From: Patescibacteria group bacterium
Lineage (GTDB): Bacteria > Patescibacteriota > Microgenomatia > UBA10105 > UBA927
Length of the DNA: 64,000 bases
Reading direction: 5' to 3'
Assembly: GCA_049322955.1 (NCBI GenBank)
Contig: JBMOPU010000012.1
Location: 617,517-681,516 of the forward strand
Positions 47,009 through 56,700 of the stretch are shown here, in pieces. The position numbers and the translations under genes were made by a program. The notes below the pieces were generated by a model. It had not been told where the DNA came from. It was given only the letters and a program-made list of their open reading frames with translations, and ran no database searches. Within the stretch, counting starts at the first letter, position 1. Each line of letters starts with the position of its first letter.

Positions 47009-47611
47009 ATGTTACCAGAAGGTTTTGAATTAAGAACCCAATTTCCTCCAGGAGAACAGGTGAAAGTCACTCCGGCAATTCGCGAGATAAGTGAGCGATT
47101 TCGTGGACTACATTATCCGAATGCTTTTCGCGATATTCATGACTATATTTTTGATCGCATAAAAATACTCCCATATGACGAGTCTGTAGTTGCTTATGAG
47201 AAAAAACGGAGATGGAAATTAACGGCAGATGATATTTTAAGAGTAGGTACAGTTGTCGATACTAAATACTGCAATGACATGGTTAGTCTGTTTTTAGCAA
47301 TTTCTCGAGGCATAGGTTTCGATGCCAAGGTTGCGAAAGTATTTAATCGAAATATTGCAGTTCATTCGTTAGCACTTGTTGACTCACCTCAACTTTCTGA
47401 TCAATATCTTATTAATGCTGGGTCAAAGGATAAATATTGGATTGAACCATTCCCAAGAGAACAAAAATTACAATTTGGGGCTCATTTACCTAATGATTGG
47501 ATTTTATGGAAAGCTGACGTAGATCAATGGGCAATGGGATTAAATGATTCTTCACAAGAAACAACGACAATTATGGCAGATGCCAGACAATTATTTGCTC
47601 CTAAGGCATGA
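47009..47611 (+). CDS. Transglutaminase-like cysteine protease domain protein
   Basis: YCNDMVSLFLAISRGIG (Cys) and VHSLALV (His). Confidence 0.65.
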   Translation: MLPEGFELRTQFPPGEQVKVTPAIREISERFRGLHYPNAFRDIHDYIFDRIKILPYDESVVAYEKKRRWKLTADDILRVGTVVDTKYCNDMVSLFLAISRGIGFDAKVAKVFNRNIAVHSLALVDSPQLSDQYLINAGSKDKYWIEPFPREQKLQFGAHLPNDWILWKADVDQWAMGLNDSSQETTTIMADARQLFAPKA

Positions 47612-48098
47612 AGAAGTAGTTATATTCATCATATTGAAAGTGTCCGGCTGGCTTATTGAGTAGCACATCAGCCAGATCCCAAGCAGTCATATTCTCAGAA
47701 ATCCGATATTCAGCATTTTGGTCTATTGTTCCGCTTGAACCGACCTTTATAGCTTTATCGTTTGGTGTTGTATCTTTGGTGTGTTCTAGTGCATGCATAA
47801 AAGCTTTTTCGTCTCTAATAAATCCATAATGAACAAGATTCCCAGTCAATCCTTGTAACGTAACGTTAGTGTTTAATCGTAAATCAACCGTTCCATCAAC
47901 TCCTGGCTTCTTCCTGATTGTATTGGCTTCCTCGGAAGACATATGCAGCCGTTCAATAAAATAATCCTCGACTTTCTTGGGTGATTCCCAATCCCTGCCT
48001 GGCGCTTTGAAATTTTCCTCGTTTGGTTTTGAGAAATACCAATATGCACTTATAGCCAACAATAAAAGCACGATCAACAGACCTACTTTCTTGATCAT
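47601..48098 (-). CDS. Membrane-anchored hypothetical protein (MltG N-terminal-like)
   Basis: N-terminal TM; LVHYGFIRD..YRISENMTAWDLADVL. Confidence 0.55.
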   Translation of the reverse strand: MIKKVGLLIVLLLLAISAYWYFSKPNEENFKAPGRDWESPKKVEDYFIERLHMSSEEANTIRKKPGVDGTVDLRLNTNVTLQGLTGNLVHYGFIRDEKAFMHALEHTKDTTPNDKAIKVGSSGTIDQNAEYRISENMTAWDLADVLLNKPAGHFQYDEYNYFFMP

Positions 48099-48121
48099 TC
48101 CATTATTATAACCCTTTTAAG

Positions 48122-48325
48122 CTAGTAGTCGCTTAAACGCCTACCTAAAACATAAGCAATTTCTTTTCGGCCTTCCTGCGTTTGTCTTAACTCATTAAAT
48201 AGTCGTGTTCCCTTATCGCTTAAGAGTGGGACAAACTCTGGTAAGTCGTTAAGCGGGACTTTTCGAAACTCCTGCAATCGTAAATCTACTGTGTAACCTT
48301 TAAAAACTGGTAATCTTCTGATCAT
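48122..48325 (-). CDS. Small hypothetical protein
   Basis: AAAGGA SD, ATG 48325, MIRRLPVFKGYTVDLRLQEFRK. Confidence 0.6.
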   Translation of the reverse strand: MIRRLPVFKGYTVDLRLQEFRKVPLNDLPEFVPLLSDKGTRLFNELRQTQEGRKEIAYVLGRRLSDY

Positions 48326-48383
48326 ATATTTTCCTTTCTTGGATACCCATCCGCGGGGTTGGGGCCCCGCGGTGGATAAAACT

Positions 48384-48698
48384 TTATAATTTTGCACTCG
48401 GCACAACCTCGCTGATTCTCTTCTCGTCAAAATACAAATCTCTCTCAATCCCTATACCAAACTGTCCACGATAGCTTTCAAGCTCAGTTAGGGAAAAAGA
48501 ACCCCATTCGTCATTCCAATCCCCAAAGATTGAAACGAAGCCGAAAAATTCTTGACTCGCTGGATCGTACTCGGTGGCGTACCATGTACCCGCGCCAGCT
48601 GGATTGAAGAACTTAGCAACTACGATGGGATCGCTGCTGTCCTCCTGTCTGCCTAGCTTGGCGAATCTGGCTAAAAGCTCCTTGGTTAATAGTTTCAT
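48384..48698 (-). CDS. DUF2958 family protein
   Basis: VVAKFFNPAGAGTWYATEYD..EWGSFSLTELES..IERDLYF; GGAGGTG SD. Confidence 0.88.
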   Translation of the reverse strand: MKLLTKELLARFAKLGRQEDSSDPIVVAKFFNPAGAGTWYATEYDPASQEFFGFVSIFGDWNDEWGSFSLTELESYRGQFGIGIERDLYFDEKRISEVVPSAKL

Positions 48699-48741
48699 AA
48701 TTTCTCACCTCCTTCTTGGCTTCTTCCCTAAAATTAATGGT

Positions 48742-48875
48742 TGGGAAGTATGGCCATACTTCCCATACCTGGGAATTTTTAAAGCGGGGTGAATTTTGCA
48801 AGGGCAAGCGAAGCGCAGTTTATTGAAGGCGTAGCCGGAAACCCTTGCGAAATGAGGGGTAAGGCCCCTTCTTTA
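48742..48875. other. Palindrome/stem-loop-rich non-coding region (candidate ssDNA promoter, sso or oriT)
   Basis: 24-bp palindrome TGGGAAGTATGGCCATACTTCCCA; TTTTGCAAGGG/CCCTTGCGAAA; AGGGG/CCCCT. Confidence 0.5.
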
Positions 48876-48949
48876 AGCAGAACTAACTACTCTATACAAA
48901 CTGTATAGTTAAAAAGAAGACAACCATCATAGTAAAAACTTATCAATCA

Positions 48950-49330
48950 TTAATCAGATTCATTTTTTGGAATACTGAGTAATTTTTCGATCCTTTTCAT
49001 ACGCTTATCCCGCCCTTCGATAAAACTTCTAGCGAGAGTAGAAAAAATGTATAGTCCCAGGCCAACACCTATAAAAATGTAGGCAACTGTAAAAAGTTTT
49101 GTCGCTGTGGTAGTTGGATGTAGATCACCGTATCCGACAGTTGCTAGTGTAACAACTGAGAAATAAAAAGAGTCGATATAACTCCAGCCTTCATATGATG
49201 AATAAAAAGCAGTGCCCACAATCAGCAAAATAGATAGCGTTGAAATAGTCGCGATAAATCCTGGTGGTGGTTTTACGCCAGTAAGCTGTTCATGTATTTC
49301 GGAAAGTAGCCAATGTAAAATACGTTTCAT
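48950..49330 (-). CDS. Two-TM potassium channel (KcsA-like)
   Basis: SFYFSVVTLATVGYGDLHP selectivity filter. Confidence 0.92.
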   Translation of the reverse strand: MKRILHWLLSEIHEQLTGVKPPPGFIATISTLSILLIVGTAFYSSYEGWSYIDSFYFSVVTLATVGYGDLHPTTTATKLFTVAYIFIGVGLGLYIFSTLARSFIEGRDKRMKRIEKLLSIPKNESD

Positions 49331-49482
49331 AATAGCAATAATTTTATTGATCTTTATTATTAATATTCTTCCGAGTGTTATAGTCAATCATAGTTTATGA
49401 ACTTTTTGCTTCCTATAAAAATGTAAGGGTAGGTTCAAAGACAGAGATGATTGAGAGACGCCAGCAAATTGTTTTTGTTCTT

Positions 49483-50697
49483 TTATTCATGTCTCAGTGC
49501 TTCTATCGGTGACAGTTCACTTGCTTTTTTAGCCGGCGTCACGCCAAAAATTATGCCTACTCCGGCAGAGACAGCGAATGCTAAAGCTATTGACCACCAA
49601 GCAACAGTAATAGGCATGAAGTTTCCGATAAGAAGTGCTCCACCTGCACCAAGCAAAATCCCGATAATACCGCCTCCAACGGACAAAATGGTAGCTTCGA
49701 GTAGAAACTGTGTCAGAATAACTTCCGGTTTGGCCCCCAAGGCTTTTCGCAAACCGATTTCCTGGGTGCGTTCCGTCACTGATACCAGCATGATATTCAT
49801 GATGCCAATACCTCCCACTAACAAAGAAATAGCAGCAATACCCCCCAAGGCAATTGTCAAAGTATTCAATATACTAGAAACAGTCGATAGAATTTCCTTC
49901 TGATCAAGCACGGTAAATTCACTCGATTCCAACCTTCGACTCATAATACTTTCAACCATTTCTACCGCAGGGGTGACGTCTTCGGATGATGTTGCCTGAG
50001 CAAAAATAACACCTAAATGATTCTGATTAAATTGTCTTTGAGCGACAGTTACAGGAATGAACACCTTATCATCTGAGCTCATACTACCTTGGCCACCAGC
50101 TTCTTCAATGACCCCGACAATGGTGTATCGGTAATCACCGAGTTTAATTTTTTCACCGATAATATTGGTGGTTCCAAAAATATCATCGGCAACTTTGTAG
50201 CCGACGACGGCTACTTTTCTGCCAGAATTAACGTCCGCTTCAGAGAAAAAATCACCTGAAGCGAAGTTGGTACTACGCACTTTGGTGTAATCCGCAGTTG
50301 TACCAAATATCTGCGCCATTTGCGACTCTCCCTGATAGCGAATCGGTGCAGACCCCACAACCATTGCAGCTGCGTGTTTTATATATGGCACTTGCTCTTT
50401 AATTGTCGCTAAATCGTCCATCTCAAGTTTTGAAGCGGACATGGCGGCAAAACTACTCGACATAGCTCCACCACCAGCAACATTATCTAAGTCAATTTCT
50501 CCTGGCATCACCATCACCAGATTGGACCCCATATCCTCCATCTGGCTGGTTATGTAATCCTTAAGCCCAGAGCCGACGGAAACTAGAAGAATAACTGAGG
50601 CAACCCCAATAATGACACCGAGTGAGGTGAGCACTGAACGGTTTTTATTGGCTTTAATTGCCCTGAGGGCTACTTTTAATAATGATTTAAATGGCAT
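49483..50697 (-). CDS. MacB/FtsX-family ABC transporter permease
   Basis: RSVLTSLGVIIGVASV, GGIGIMNIMLVSVTERTQEIGLRKALGA. Confidence 0.93.
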   Translation of the reverse strand: MPFKSLLKVALRAIKANKNRSVLTSLGVIIGVASVILLVSVGSGLKDYITSQMEDMGSNLVMVMPGEIDLDNVAGGGAMSSSFAAMSASKLEMDDLATIKEQVPYIKHAAAMVVGSAPIRYQGESQMAQIFGTTADYTKVRSTNFASGDFFSEADVNSGRKVAVVGYKVADDIFGTTNIIGEKIKLGDYRYTIVGVIEEAGGQGSMSSDDKVFIPVTVAQRQFNQNHLGVIFAQATSSEDVTPAVEMVESIMSRRLESSEFTVLDQKEILSTVSSILNTLTIALGGIAAISLLVGGIGIMNIMLVSVTERTQEIGLRKALGAKPEVILTQFLLEATILSVGGGIIGILLGAGGALLIGNFMPITVAWWSIALAFAVSAGVGIIFGVTPAKKASELSPIEALRHE

Positions 50698-50705
50698 ATA
50701 TATTG

Positions 50706-51386
50706 TTACGAAACTATTTTTCCGTCTTTAATAGTGATTATTCGATCAGCTTGGCTTGCAACCGAGCCATCATGGGTAACTAAAATAATCGTCTTTCCGT
50801 GTTGATGCAAGTTTCTGAAAATTTGCATGACCTCTTTTCCTGACTTTGAGTCCAGATTTCCGGTAGGCTCGTCTCCCAAAATAACCGGAGCGTCCGTTAT
50901 TAGCGACCTGGCGATAGCTACCCTTTGCTGCTGCCCGCCTGAAAGCTGATTGGGATGATGGTAAAGTCTTTCGCCGAGACCCACCATTTCCAACATTGCT
51001 TTGGCTTTTTCCAGGGCATGTTCTTCGGAAGTGTGATTATAAATCAGCGGCAGGCTCACATTTTCCAAGGCACTGGTTCTGGCAAGTAGGTTAAAAGCCT
51101 GAAAAACAAAGCCGATTTTTTGATTTCTGATTTCTACCAGTTCGCTTTCCTCTAATTTACTGATATCGTGGCCGTCCAAGATAATTTTGCCTTCGGTTGG
51201 CACATCCAGGCAACCAATGAGGTGCATCAGGGTTGATTTACCTGAACCCGATGGTCCGGTGATCGACACGAATTCCCCTCGCTCTATAGACAGGGAAACA
51301 CTGTCAAGCGCTTTTACCGCAATGCCATCCATCTGATAGGCCTTGGTCACATTTTGAACAGAGAGAAGGACATTTTTGCTACTCAT
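50706..51386 (-). CDS. ABC transporter ATP-binding protein (LolD/MacB type)
   Basis: GPSGSGKST, LSGGQQQRVAIAR, DEPTGNLD. Confidence 0.95.
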   Translation of the reverse strand: MSSKNVLLSVQNVTKAYQMDGIAVKALDSVSLSIERGEFVSITGPSGSGKSTLMHLIGCLDVPTEGKIILDGHDISKLEESELVEIRNQKIGFVFQAFNLLARTSALENVSLPLIYNHTSEEHALEKAKAMLEMVGLGERLYHHPNQLSGGQQQRVAIARSLITDAPVILGDEPTGNLDSKSGKEVMQIFRNLHQHGKTIILVTHDGSVASQADRIITIKDGKIVS

Positions 51387-51396
51387 ATTGTGTTTC

Positions 51397-52467
51397 TTAT
51401 TTACTTTCCTTAACCAGGACAACTTCCTGACCTTCTTCTACGCCAGATGCAACTTCCGTTTGGGAAATAGTTGAGAGGCCAACAGTCACTTCCCGGGATA
51501 CTGGCTTGCCATTCTCCAAGATATAGACATATGTCTTTCCTTGGTTGTGTTTAATAAATTCCCTGGGAATAGAGAGGACGTTTTCTTTCTTGGCAATGAT
51601 AAAATCAGCGTCTCCGGACAAGCCGACCGCTAGTCTCTCATCAACTTTGGTAAAGGTTATTTCGATGGGGATGGTAACTCCACCGCTTAATGTTTTCTCT
51701 CCCTCTTTACCGATAAAACTGACGGCACCTTCAAATGACTGATCAGGAAAAGCGTCCAGTTGAATTTCTACCTTCTGTCCGACCTGGATTTTGCCAAAAT
51801 CAACCTCGTCAATTTGGGCAATAAAGTAGAGTGTGGACAGGTCAGCAACCTTGATAATTTTAGTTGCCAGATTTGCTGCCGTTAAATTCTCTCCTGCAAT
51901 TAGACCGCCGGTGCTCAGAACCGTGCCGGAGATGGGTGAAACTAATACTGCATCTTTTGCCGCGACATCAGCTATTTCGACATCCAAAACCGATTTATCA
52001 AGTCCGAACTGGGTTTTTTCCAGGATTCGTTTTTCTTCATCGGTCAGGAGTACCTGCTCCAGGGATCGTCCATCGACATCGTAGTTGTCCTGTGTTTGCT
52101 CAAAGTCCCATCGATTTGTCTGGTAGTCCAGTAATTTTTTTCGTAGGTTTTTTTCCAGGGTGCGTTTATCCAACGAGGCAACTGATTGCCATTTCTTGAC
52201 CCTATCACCTTTTTTAACTCCCAACCAAACTATCTTGCTTGGGGTATTAAAGCGTAATTCCGCATAATCCTTTGCTTGCACATTGCCTGAGGCATTCACG
52301 GACTCGGTAATATCTTGTCTTTTGACGGTGGTGGTCCGGAGTTCATCGCCATTTTGACGGAAAGTGATATACCCAGTTGAAATAGTGACCAGCAGTAAGA
52401 GTGCTATATACCACTTGTATTTTTTAAGACGATCGACAACAGTTTGTTTTTTAGTATTTTGTGACAT
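51397..52467 (-). CDS. MacA-like efflux periplasmic adaptor (HlyD family)
   Basis: TM, VKKGDRVKK lipoyl-like motif, SPISGTV, IDEVDFGKIQVGQKV. Confidence 0.88.
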   Translation of the reverse strand: MSQNTKKQTVVDRLKKYKWYIALLLLVTISTGYITFRQNGDELRTTTVKRQDITESVNASGNVQAKDYAELRFNTPSKIVWLGVKKGDRVKKWQSVASLDKRTLEKNLRKKLLDYQTNRWDFEQTQDNYDVDGRSLEQVLLTDEEKRILEKTQFGLDKSVLDVEIADVAAKDAVLVSPISGTVLSTGGLIAGENLTAANLATKIIKVADLSTLYFIAQIDEVDFGKIQVGQKVEIQLDAFPDQSFEGAVSFIGKEGEKTLSGGVTIPIEITFTKVDERLAVGLSGDADFIIAKKENVLSIPREFIKHNQGKTYVYILENGKPVSREVTVGLSTISQTEVASGVEEGQEVVLVKESK

Positions 52468-52476
52468 AGTGCACCT

Positions 52477-53037
52477 CTAAACTTTTTGGGTTAATAATTC
52501 AGTTAAATCTTTTGCTGTTTGCTTGGTATTTTTCCCATGCATTAAATAAAAGGGAGACAGAGTAATACTTATAATAGAAGTGGCCAAGGTAAATAAAACC
52601 GAATATGTAGATGTCCTGACAAAATCCAACCCTTTAATCATCAATAATATTGATTTTATTAATTCCTGTCTAAGTTCTGTTGCTAGTTCCAGCATAGGAA
52701 CACGTTCATCATTTTGTACCCCTAACGATACCAGTAAAGAAATTTCGGGGTGTCCTAGCTTAAAGTTGAGCAATGTCTTGGTGATGTTGAAAACCATATC
52801 AGACGGGAGAATACTAGCGTTAACCGTCAGTTTTAACTCACTTTTCAGTTCGCTCACAGCATCTCGGAGCAGTATTTCCACCAAGGCATCCTTGCTTTCA
52901 AAGTGGTAGTAAAGGGCGGCCTTGGTAATACCCACTTCGTTAGCAATATCCTGCATGGATACGCCAAAATAGCCCTTTTGAGATAGGAGCTTTCCAGCTT
53001 TCTGTAGTATTATTGTTTTAGTTTCTGATTTTTTCAT
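52477..53037 (-). CDS. TetR/AcrR family transcriptional regulator
   Basis: GYFGVSMQDIANEVGITKAALYYHFESKDAL. Confidence 0.93.
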   Translation of the reverse strand: MKKSETKTIILQKAGKLLSQKGYFGVSMQDIANEVGITKAALYYHFESKDALVEILLRDAVSELKSELKLTVNASILPSDMVFNITKTLLNFKLGHPEISLLVSLGVQNDERVPMLELATELRQELIKSILLMIKGLDFVRTSTYSVLFTLATSIISITLSPFYLMHGKNTKQTAKDLTELLTQKV

Positions 53038-53043
53038 AATATT

Positions 53044-53088
53044 TACTAACCGTTCGGTAAGTATAATACCTCACATTGCATTTGTCAA
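53044..53088 (-). promoter_or_regulatory. Promoter and TetR operator
   Basis: TTGACA-17 bp-TATACT; palindrome TACTAACCGTTCGGTAAGTA (53044-53063). Confidence 0.7.
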
Positions 53089-53134
53089 CACACCACATAC
53101 CTGAAAACAAAGGGAGAGTAACAACAAGCGCGAT

Positions 53135-53458
53135 TTAGGAAGATTTACTTAAGTATTTTTCCGCAAATAATTTAATTTGCTTTAAAATTGGTAAGATACC
53201 TATTCCCTTATCGGTTAGAGCGTAAACTACTGATAATTTATCAACCGTTTCCTCTTTACGTACTATAAGGCCTTGCTCTTCCAGCTTTTTTAGCCTATTA
53301 CTCAGTGTTGTAGGATTAATGCTTGCAAGCTCCCGTTCAATTTCAGAGAATCTTTTTTCAGAAGCGCTTAGGACTTGAATTATCGAGAGTGTCCAATAAT
53401 CACCTAGAATTTGTAATTCATGAGCCGAACATTTATTGGTATTACTTTGTGTTGACAT
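53135..53458 (-). CDS. HxlR/DUF24 family winged-helix regulator
   Basis: N-terminal Cys, ILGDYWTLSII, KRFSEI, LSNRLKKLEEQGLI, YALTDKG. Confidence 0.9.
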   Translation of the reverse strand: MSTQSNTNKCSAHELQILGDYWTLSIIQVLSASEKRFSEIERELASINPTTLSNRLKKLEEQGLIVRKEETVDKLSVVYALTDKGIGILPILKQIKLFAEKYLSKSS

Positions 53459-53536
53459 GCTATAAAAACTGTAGTACTCTATTTATCGTAGTAATTATAT
53501 ACAAACAAGACGCAAAAATCAAATCGGGAGGATTTT

Positions 53537-54145
53537 ATGAAATACAACACAATACCTTCAAACGAAGTTATAGAAAAAACACAAAAAGCACTTGAGGCAA
53601 ACGGGATGCAAGTCATAATTGTCGAAAATGGCAGACAAGCAAAAGAAAAAGCTCTGTCTCTTATCCAAAAAGGCGCAAGCGTTATGACTGCCACTTCCAC
53701 AACGGCTCAGCAGATCGAACTTGATAAAGCAATCGATGAATCTTCAGATTTTGAATCTTTGAGAAAAAAAATTATGGCCCTTCCCCAAAGCGAGCAACGG
53801 GCTCAGGCAAGAAGGATTAATAGCTCACCTGATTATGTAGTGGGAAGTGTTCACGCAGTGACAGAGAACGGAAAAGTTGTTATTGCCTCAAACTCAGGCA
53901 GCCAGCTTGCCCCCTATGCTTTTTCGGCGGCAAAAGTTATCTGGGTAGTAGGTGCGCAAAAGATCGTTAAAAATCTTGAAGAGGCAACGAAACGCATTGA
54001 GGAATATACCTTTAAATTAGAAGATGAGCGAATGATGCAAGTGTATGGCATGCACAGCGGTATCAGAAAAACTCTGATTGTTGACTCCGAAGTCATGCCT
54101 GAGCGTATCACTATTATTCTGGTCAAAGAAAATCTGGGGTTTTAA
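53537..54145 (+). CDS. LUD-domain (LutC/YkgG-like) protein
   Basis: GSVHAVTENG, SGSQL, VVGAQKIVKNLEEA. Confidence 0.8.
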   Translation: MKYNTIPSNEVIEKTQKALEANGMQVIIVENGRQAKEKALSLIQKGASVMTATSTTAQQIELDKAIDESSDFESLRKKIMALPQSEQRAQARRINSSPDYVVGSVHAVTENGKVVIASNSGSQLAPYAFSAAKVIWVVGAQKIVKNLEEATKRIEEYTFKLEDERMMQVYGMHSGIRKTLIVDSEVMPERITIILVKENLGF

Positions 54146-54146
54146 A

Positions 54147-54758
54147 ATGAAGCTAGCAATTTTTGGGGCGACTGGCCCAAGCGGACAACTATTGGTAAAA
54201 CAGGCCTTACGAGCAGGTTATAATGTTACCGTGCTTGTCAGGGACCCTGCAAAATTAGGGGTTCAGAATAAAAACTTGACTGTTATAAAGGGTAACGTTT
54301 TAAATTACGATGATGTTGATAAAACAGTCAAAGGCCAGGATGTTGTATTAAGCGCCTTGGGAGTCAAACCACCAAGCCGGGAGAAAGTTGTCGGACCCGC
54401 AACCAGAAACATAGTCCGTGCCATGGTAAGTCATAGTGTAAAAAGGCTCATTGTAGAATCCGCGTTTTTTATGGACGAGTCCGTAAGAAAGAATCTGTTT
54501 ATAAAACTCCTTACCGTGACGTTTATGAAAGGTCTTTACGATGATAAAAAAATACAAAATGAAGCACTTCAGAAAAGCGGACTTGACTGGACAGAAGTAC
54601 GACCAACTATGCTTACTAATGGTCCCAAAAGCTCCTATAGAATAAACGTTAAGCCTGGAATGTTTTCAAAAATTTCAAGAGCAAATGTGGCGGATTTTAT
54701 GCTGAAAGAGATTGTCGACGGTAATTTTAAAAATAAGTCAGTCATAATAACAGAATAG
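54147..54758 (+). CDS. NAD(P)H-binding flavin/biliverdin reductase-like SDR
   Basis: IFGATGPSG, GQDVVLSALG, DWTEVRP, ISRANVADF. Confidence 0.88.
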   Translation: MKLAIFGATGPSGQLLVKQALRAGYNVTVLVRDPAKLGVQNKNLTVIKGNVLNYDDVDKTVKGQDVVLSALGVKPPSREKVVGPATRNIVRAMVSHSVKRLIVESAFFMDESVRKNLFIKLLTVTFMKGLYDDKKIQNEALQKSGLDWTEVRPTMLTNGPKSSYRINVKPGMFSKISRANVADFMLKEIVDGNFKNKSVIITE

Positions 54759-54761
54759 CCT

Positions 54762-55142
54762 ATGCCCCAACAAGAATATATTCCGGGAGTTTGTAATATT
54801 GGACCTGCTGAAACAAAGAGACGAAAACAATCGGGATGGGTAGGGCTTGCCTTAACCGTTATCCTCCGGGGAATCCTTGTTTACATTAATGCCGCACCGG
54901 TCTGGCAACTGCTTCTCTTTTTTCCAGCGATGATGTCAGCAACAGGATTTTTGCAGGCATACATGCATTTCTGCGCTTATTTTGGCTTTACCTCGCTTTT
55001 TAATTTTGGCAATGTCGGTAAAACCGATTCAGTCCAGCAGGTAGAATTTCGTGTCCGGGATAGACACAAAGCATTGCAAATCGTAATCTATTCCGTGTTT
55101 ATCGGAATACTAGTTTCTGTATTAGCAGTATACATAAAATGA
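54762..55142 (+). CDS. Small membrane protein (GVCNIG...FC motif)
   Basis: YIPGVCNIGPAE, three hydrophobic segments. Confidence 0.7.
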   Translation: MPQQEYIPGVCNIGPAETKRRKQSGWVGLALTVILRGILVYINAAPVWQLLLFFPAMMSATGFLQAYMHFCAYFGFTSLFNFGNVGKTDSVQQVEFRVRDRHKALQIVIYSVFIGILVSVLAVYIK

Positions 55143-56080
55143 CTACTTTATCTCTCCCTCAGCCTGTGGCAATTTCAGTCGACCGCATTCATCCCGAAAG
55201 TCTGCCGGGCTATATTCACCTCAAAGTCGCTGATCTTGACAATCAAATTAGGTTTTACCAGCAGGTGATCGGCTTGCAGTTGAACTGGCGCAAGGATAAA
55301 AACGCCGCGCTCGGCGTCAACGGACACGATCTAGTGCGCATGAGTCAAGTGCAGGACGGTAAGCGGTACCGAGGCGTGACCGGTATGTATCACTTTGCCA
55401 TTCTATTTCCCAGCCGTCGTGAACTGGCGCGCGTGATTGCTCGCCTATTTGATAAGAAGTATCCGAATTATCCAACCGACCACATCATGACCAAGACCAC
55501 CTACCTCGATGACCCCGAAGGCAATAACATTGAGTTGTACTGTGAGTCGCCCGAAGATGGGGTGAATGAGATCAAAAAGGGGCAGTTTTATGTCCGCCGC
55601 GCTGACGGCTCCATTAGTGACGGGCGTGAAGCTATGGATTTGGATGCGCTTTTCTCAAACCTGACTGAAGACGACCTCCTCAACCTGCCCGTCCCACACG
55701 AAACGCGCATGGGACATTTCCATCTCTACGTCGCTAACTTGGAGGAGACACGCAAGTTCTATCACGACCTACTCGGCTTCGACGATATGGGGACTGCGAG
55801 TGGCTTCCGCATGGGAATGTTGTCTGCTGGAGCGTATCACCACCACATCGGATATAACACATGGCAGGGAGAGGGCGCGCCTCCTCCCCCCGATGACGCT
55901 CTGGGTTTGTTTTACTACACTTTTAACCTTCCCAATGTCCGGGAATTGAAAAGAATGGAACATTTACTGGAAACAAAAGATATTTCCTTCGAACGCCGCC
56001 CCAACGGTCTATTCATGAGCGACCCATCCCGAAACTCCTTACTCCTAACCACTGCTGAACTAGCGCGAGAGGGCAGGTGA
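55139..56080 (+). CDS. VOC family catechol 2,3-dioxygenase (CatE-like)
   Basis: IHLKVADL, YHFAIL, YLDDPEGNNIELY, GHFHL, GAYHHHIGYNTW. Confidence 0.88.
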   Translation: MTTLSLPQPVAISVDRIHPESLPGYIHLKVADLDNQIRFYQQVIGLQLNWRKDKNAALGVNGHDLVRMSQVQDGKRYRGVTGMYHFAILFPSRRELARVIARLFDKKYPNYPTDHIMTKTTYLDDPEGNNIELYCESPEDGVNEIKKGQFYVRRADGSISDGREAMDLDALFSNLTEDDLLNLPVPHETRMGHFHLYVANLEETRKFYHDLLGFDDMGTASGFRMGMLSAGAYHHHIGYNTWQGEGAPPPPDDALGLFYYTFNLPNVRELKRMEHLLETKDISFERRPNGLFMSDPSRNSLLLTTAELAREGR

Positions 56081-56260
56081 AGAATTATAAGATCTCTAAT
56101 TGTGTTGCGCGAGGCATAATGGCAAATCAAAATTTGATTGGAAAATTGAAAAATAGGTAAATTGTTTTATATATTAATAGTTTTTTGTTACTCCATGATT
56201 TGCTTTCTTCTTGACTTTCTGCCTGGTTAGGATAATAATTCCCTCAAATTTACAAGAGCT

Positions 56261-56283
56261 GCCCCTCCGATAGGGGCTTTTTT
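56261..56283 (+). terminator. Intrinsic terminator in the leader of the transfer operon
   Basis: GCCCCT-CCGAT-AGGGGC-TTTTTT. Confidence 0.65.
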
Positions 56284-56336
56284 GTAACTAGTCCTGCCTA
56301 AAGTTATAAATTATTGATTTATATGGAGGTCGGACT

Positions 56337-56672
56337 ATGAATAAAAAAATAATTGTTACTTCTTCTCTAGCCATCACGGCACTAATGTTTGCGTCACCAG
56401 TCTTTGCTGCTTCAGCCGACGTAACCAAAATAGAAACCTTCATCAAAAGCATTATCCAAATATTAGTTACCCTTGCCGGACTTATCTCCGCTGGTTTCTT
56501 TGTTTGGGGTGGCGTTGGCTATATCACAAGCTCAGGCAATCCAGAAACTCTCGACCGTTCCAAAAAAACTATCATGTACTCTGCCATAGGTTTAGCTGTA
56601 GTACTTGGTGCGTTTGTGTTGACTAATATCATCTCTGATTTAGCGACTGGAGCATTTGGCTCGGCGCAGTAA
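56337..56672 (+). CDS. TrbC/VirB2-like pilin
   Basis: Signal peptide, two TMs flanking GYITSSGNPETLDRSKKTI; GGAGG SD. Confidence 0.8.
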   Translation: MNKKIIVTSSLAITALMFASPVFAASADVTKIETFIKSIIQILVTLAGLISAGFFVWGGVGYITSSGNPETLDRSKKTIMYSAIGLAVVLGAFVLTNIISDLATGAFGSAQ

Positions 56673-56700
56673 GTCGGCCAATATTGGAATATGAACAAAT

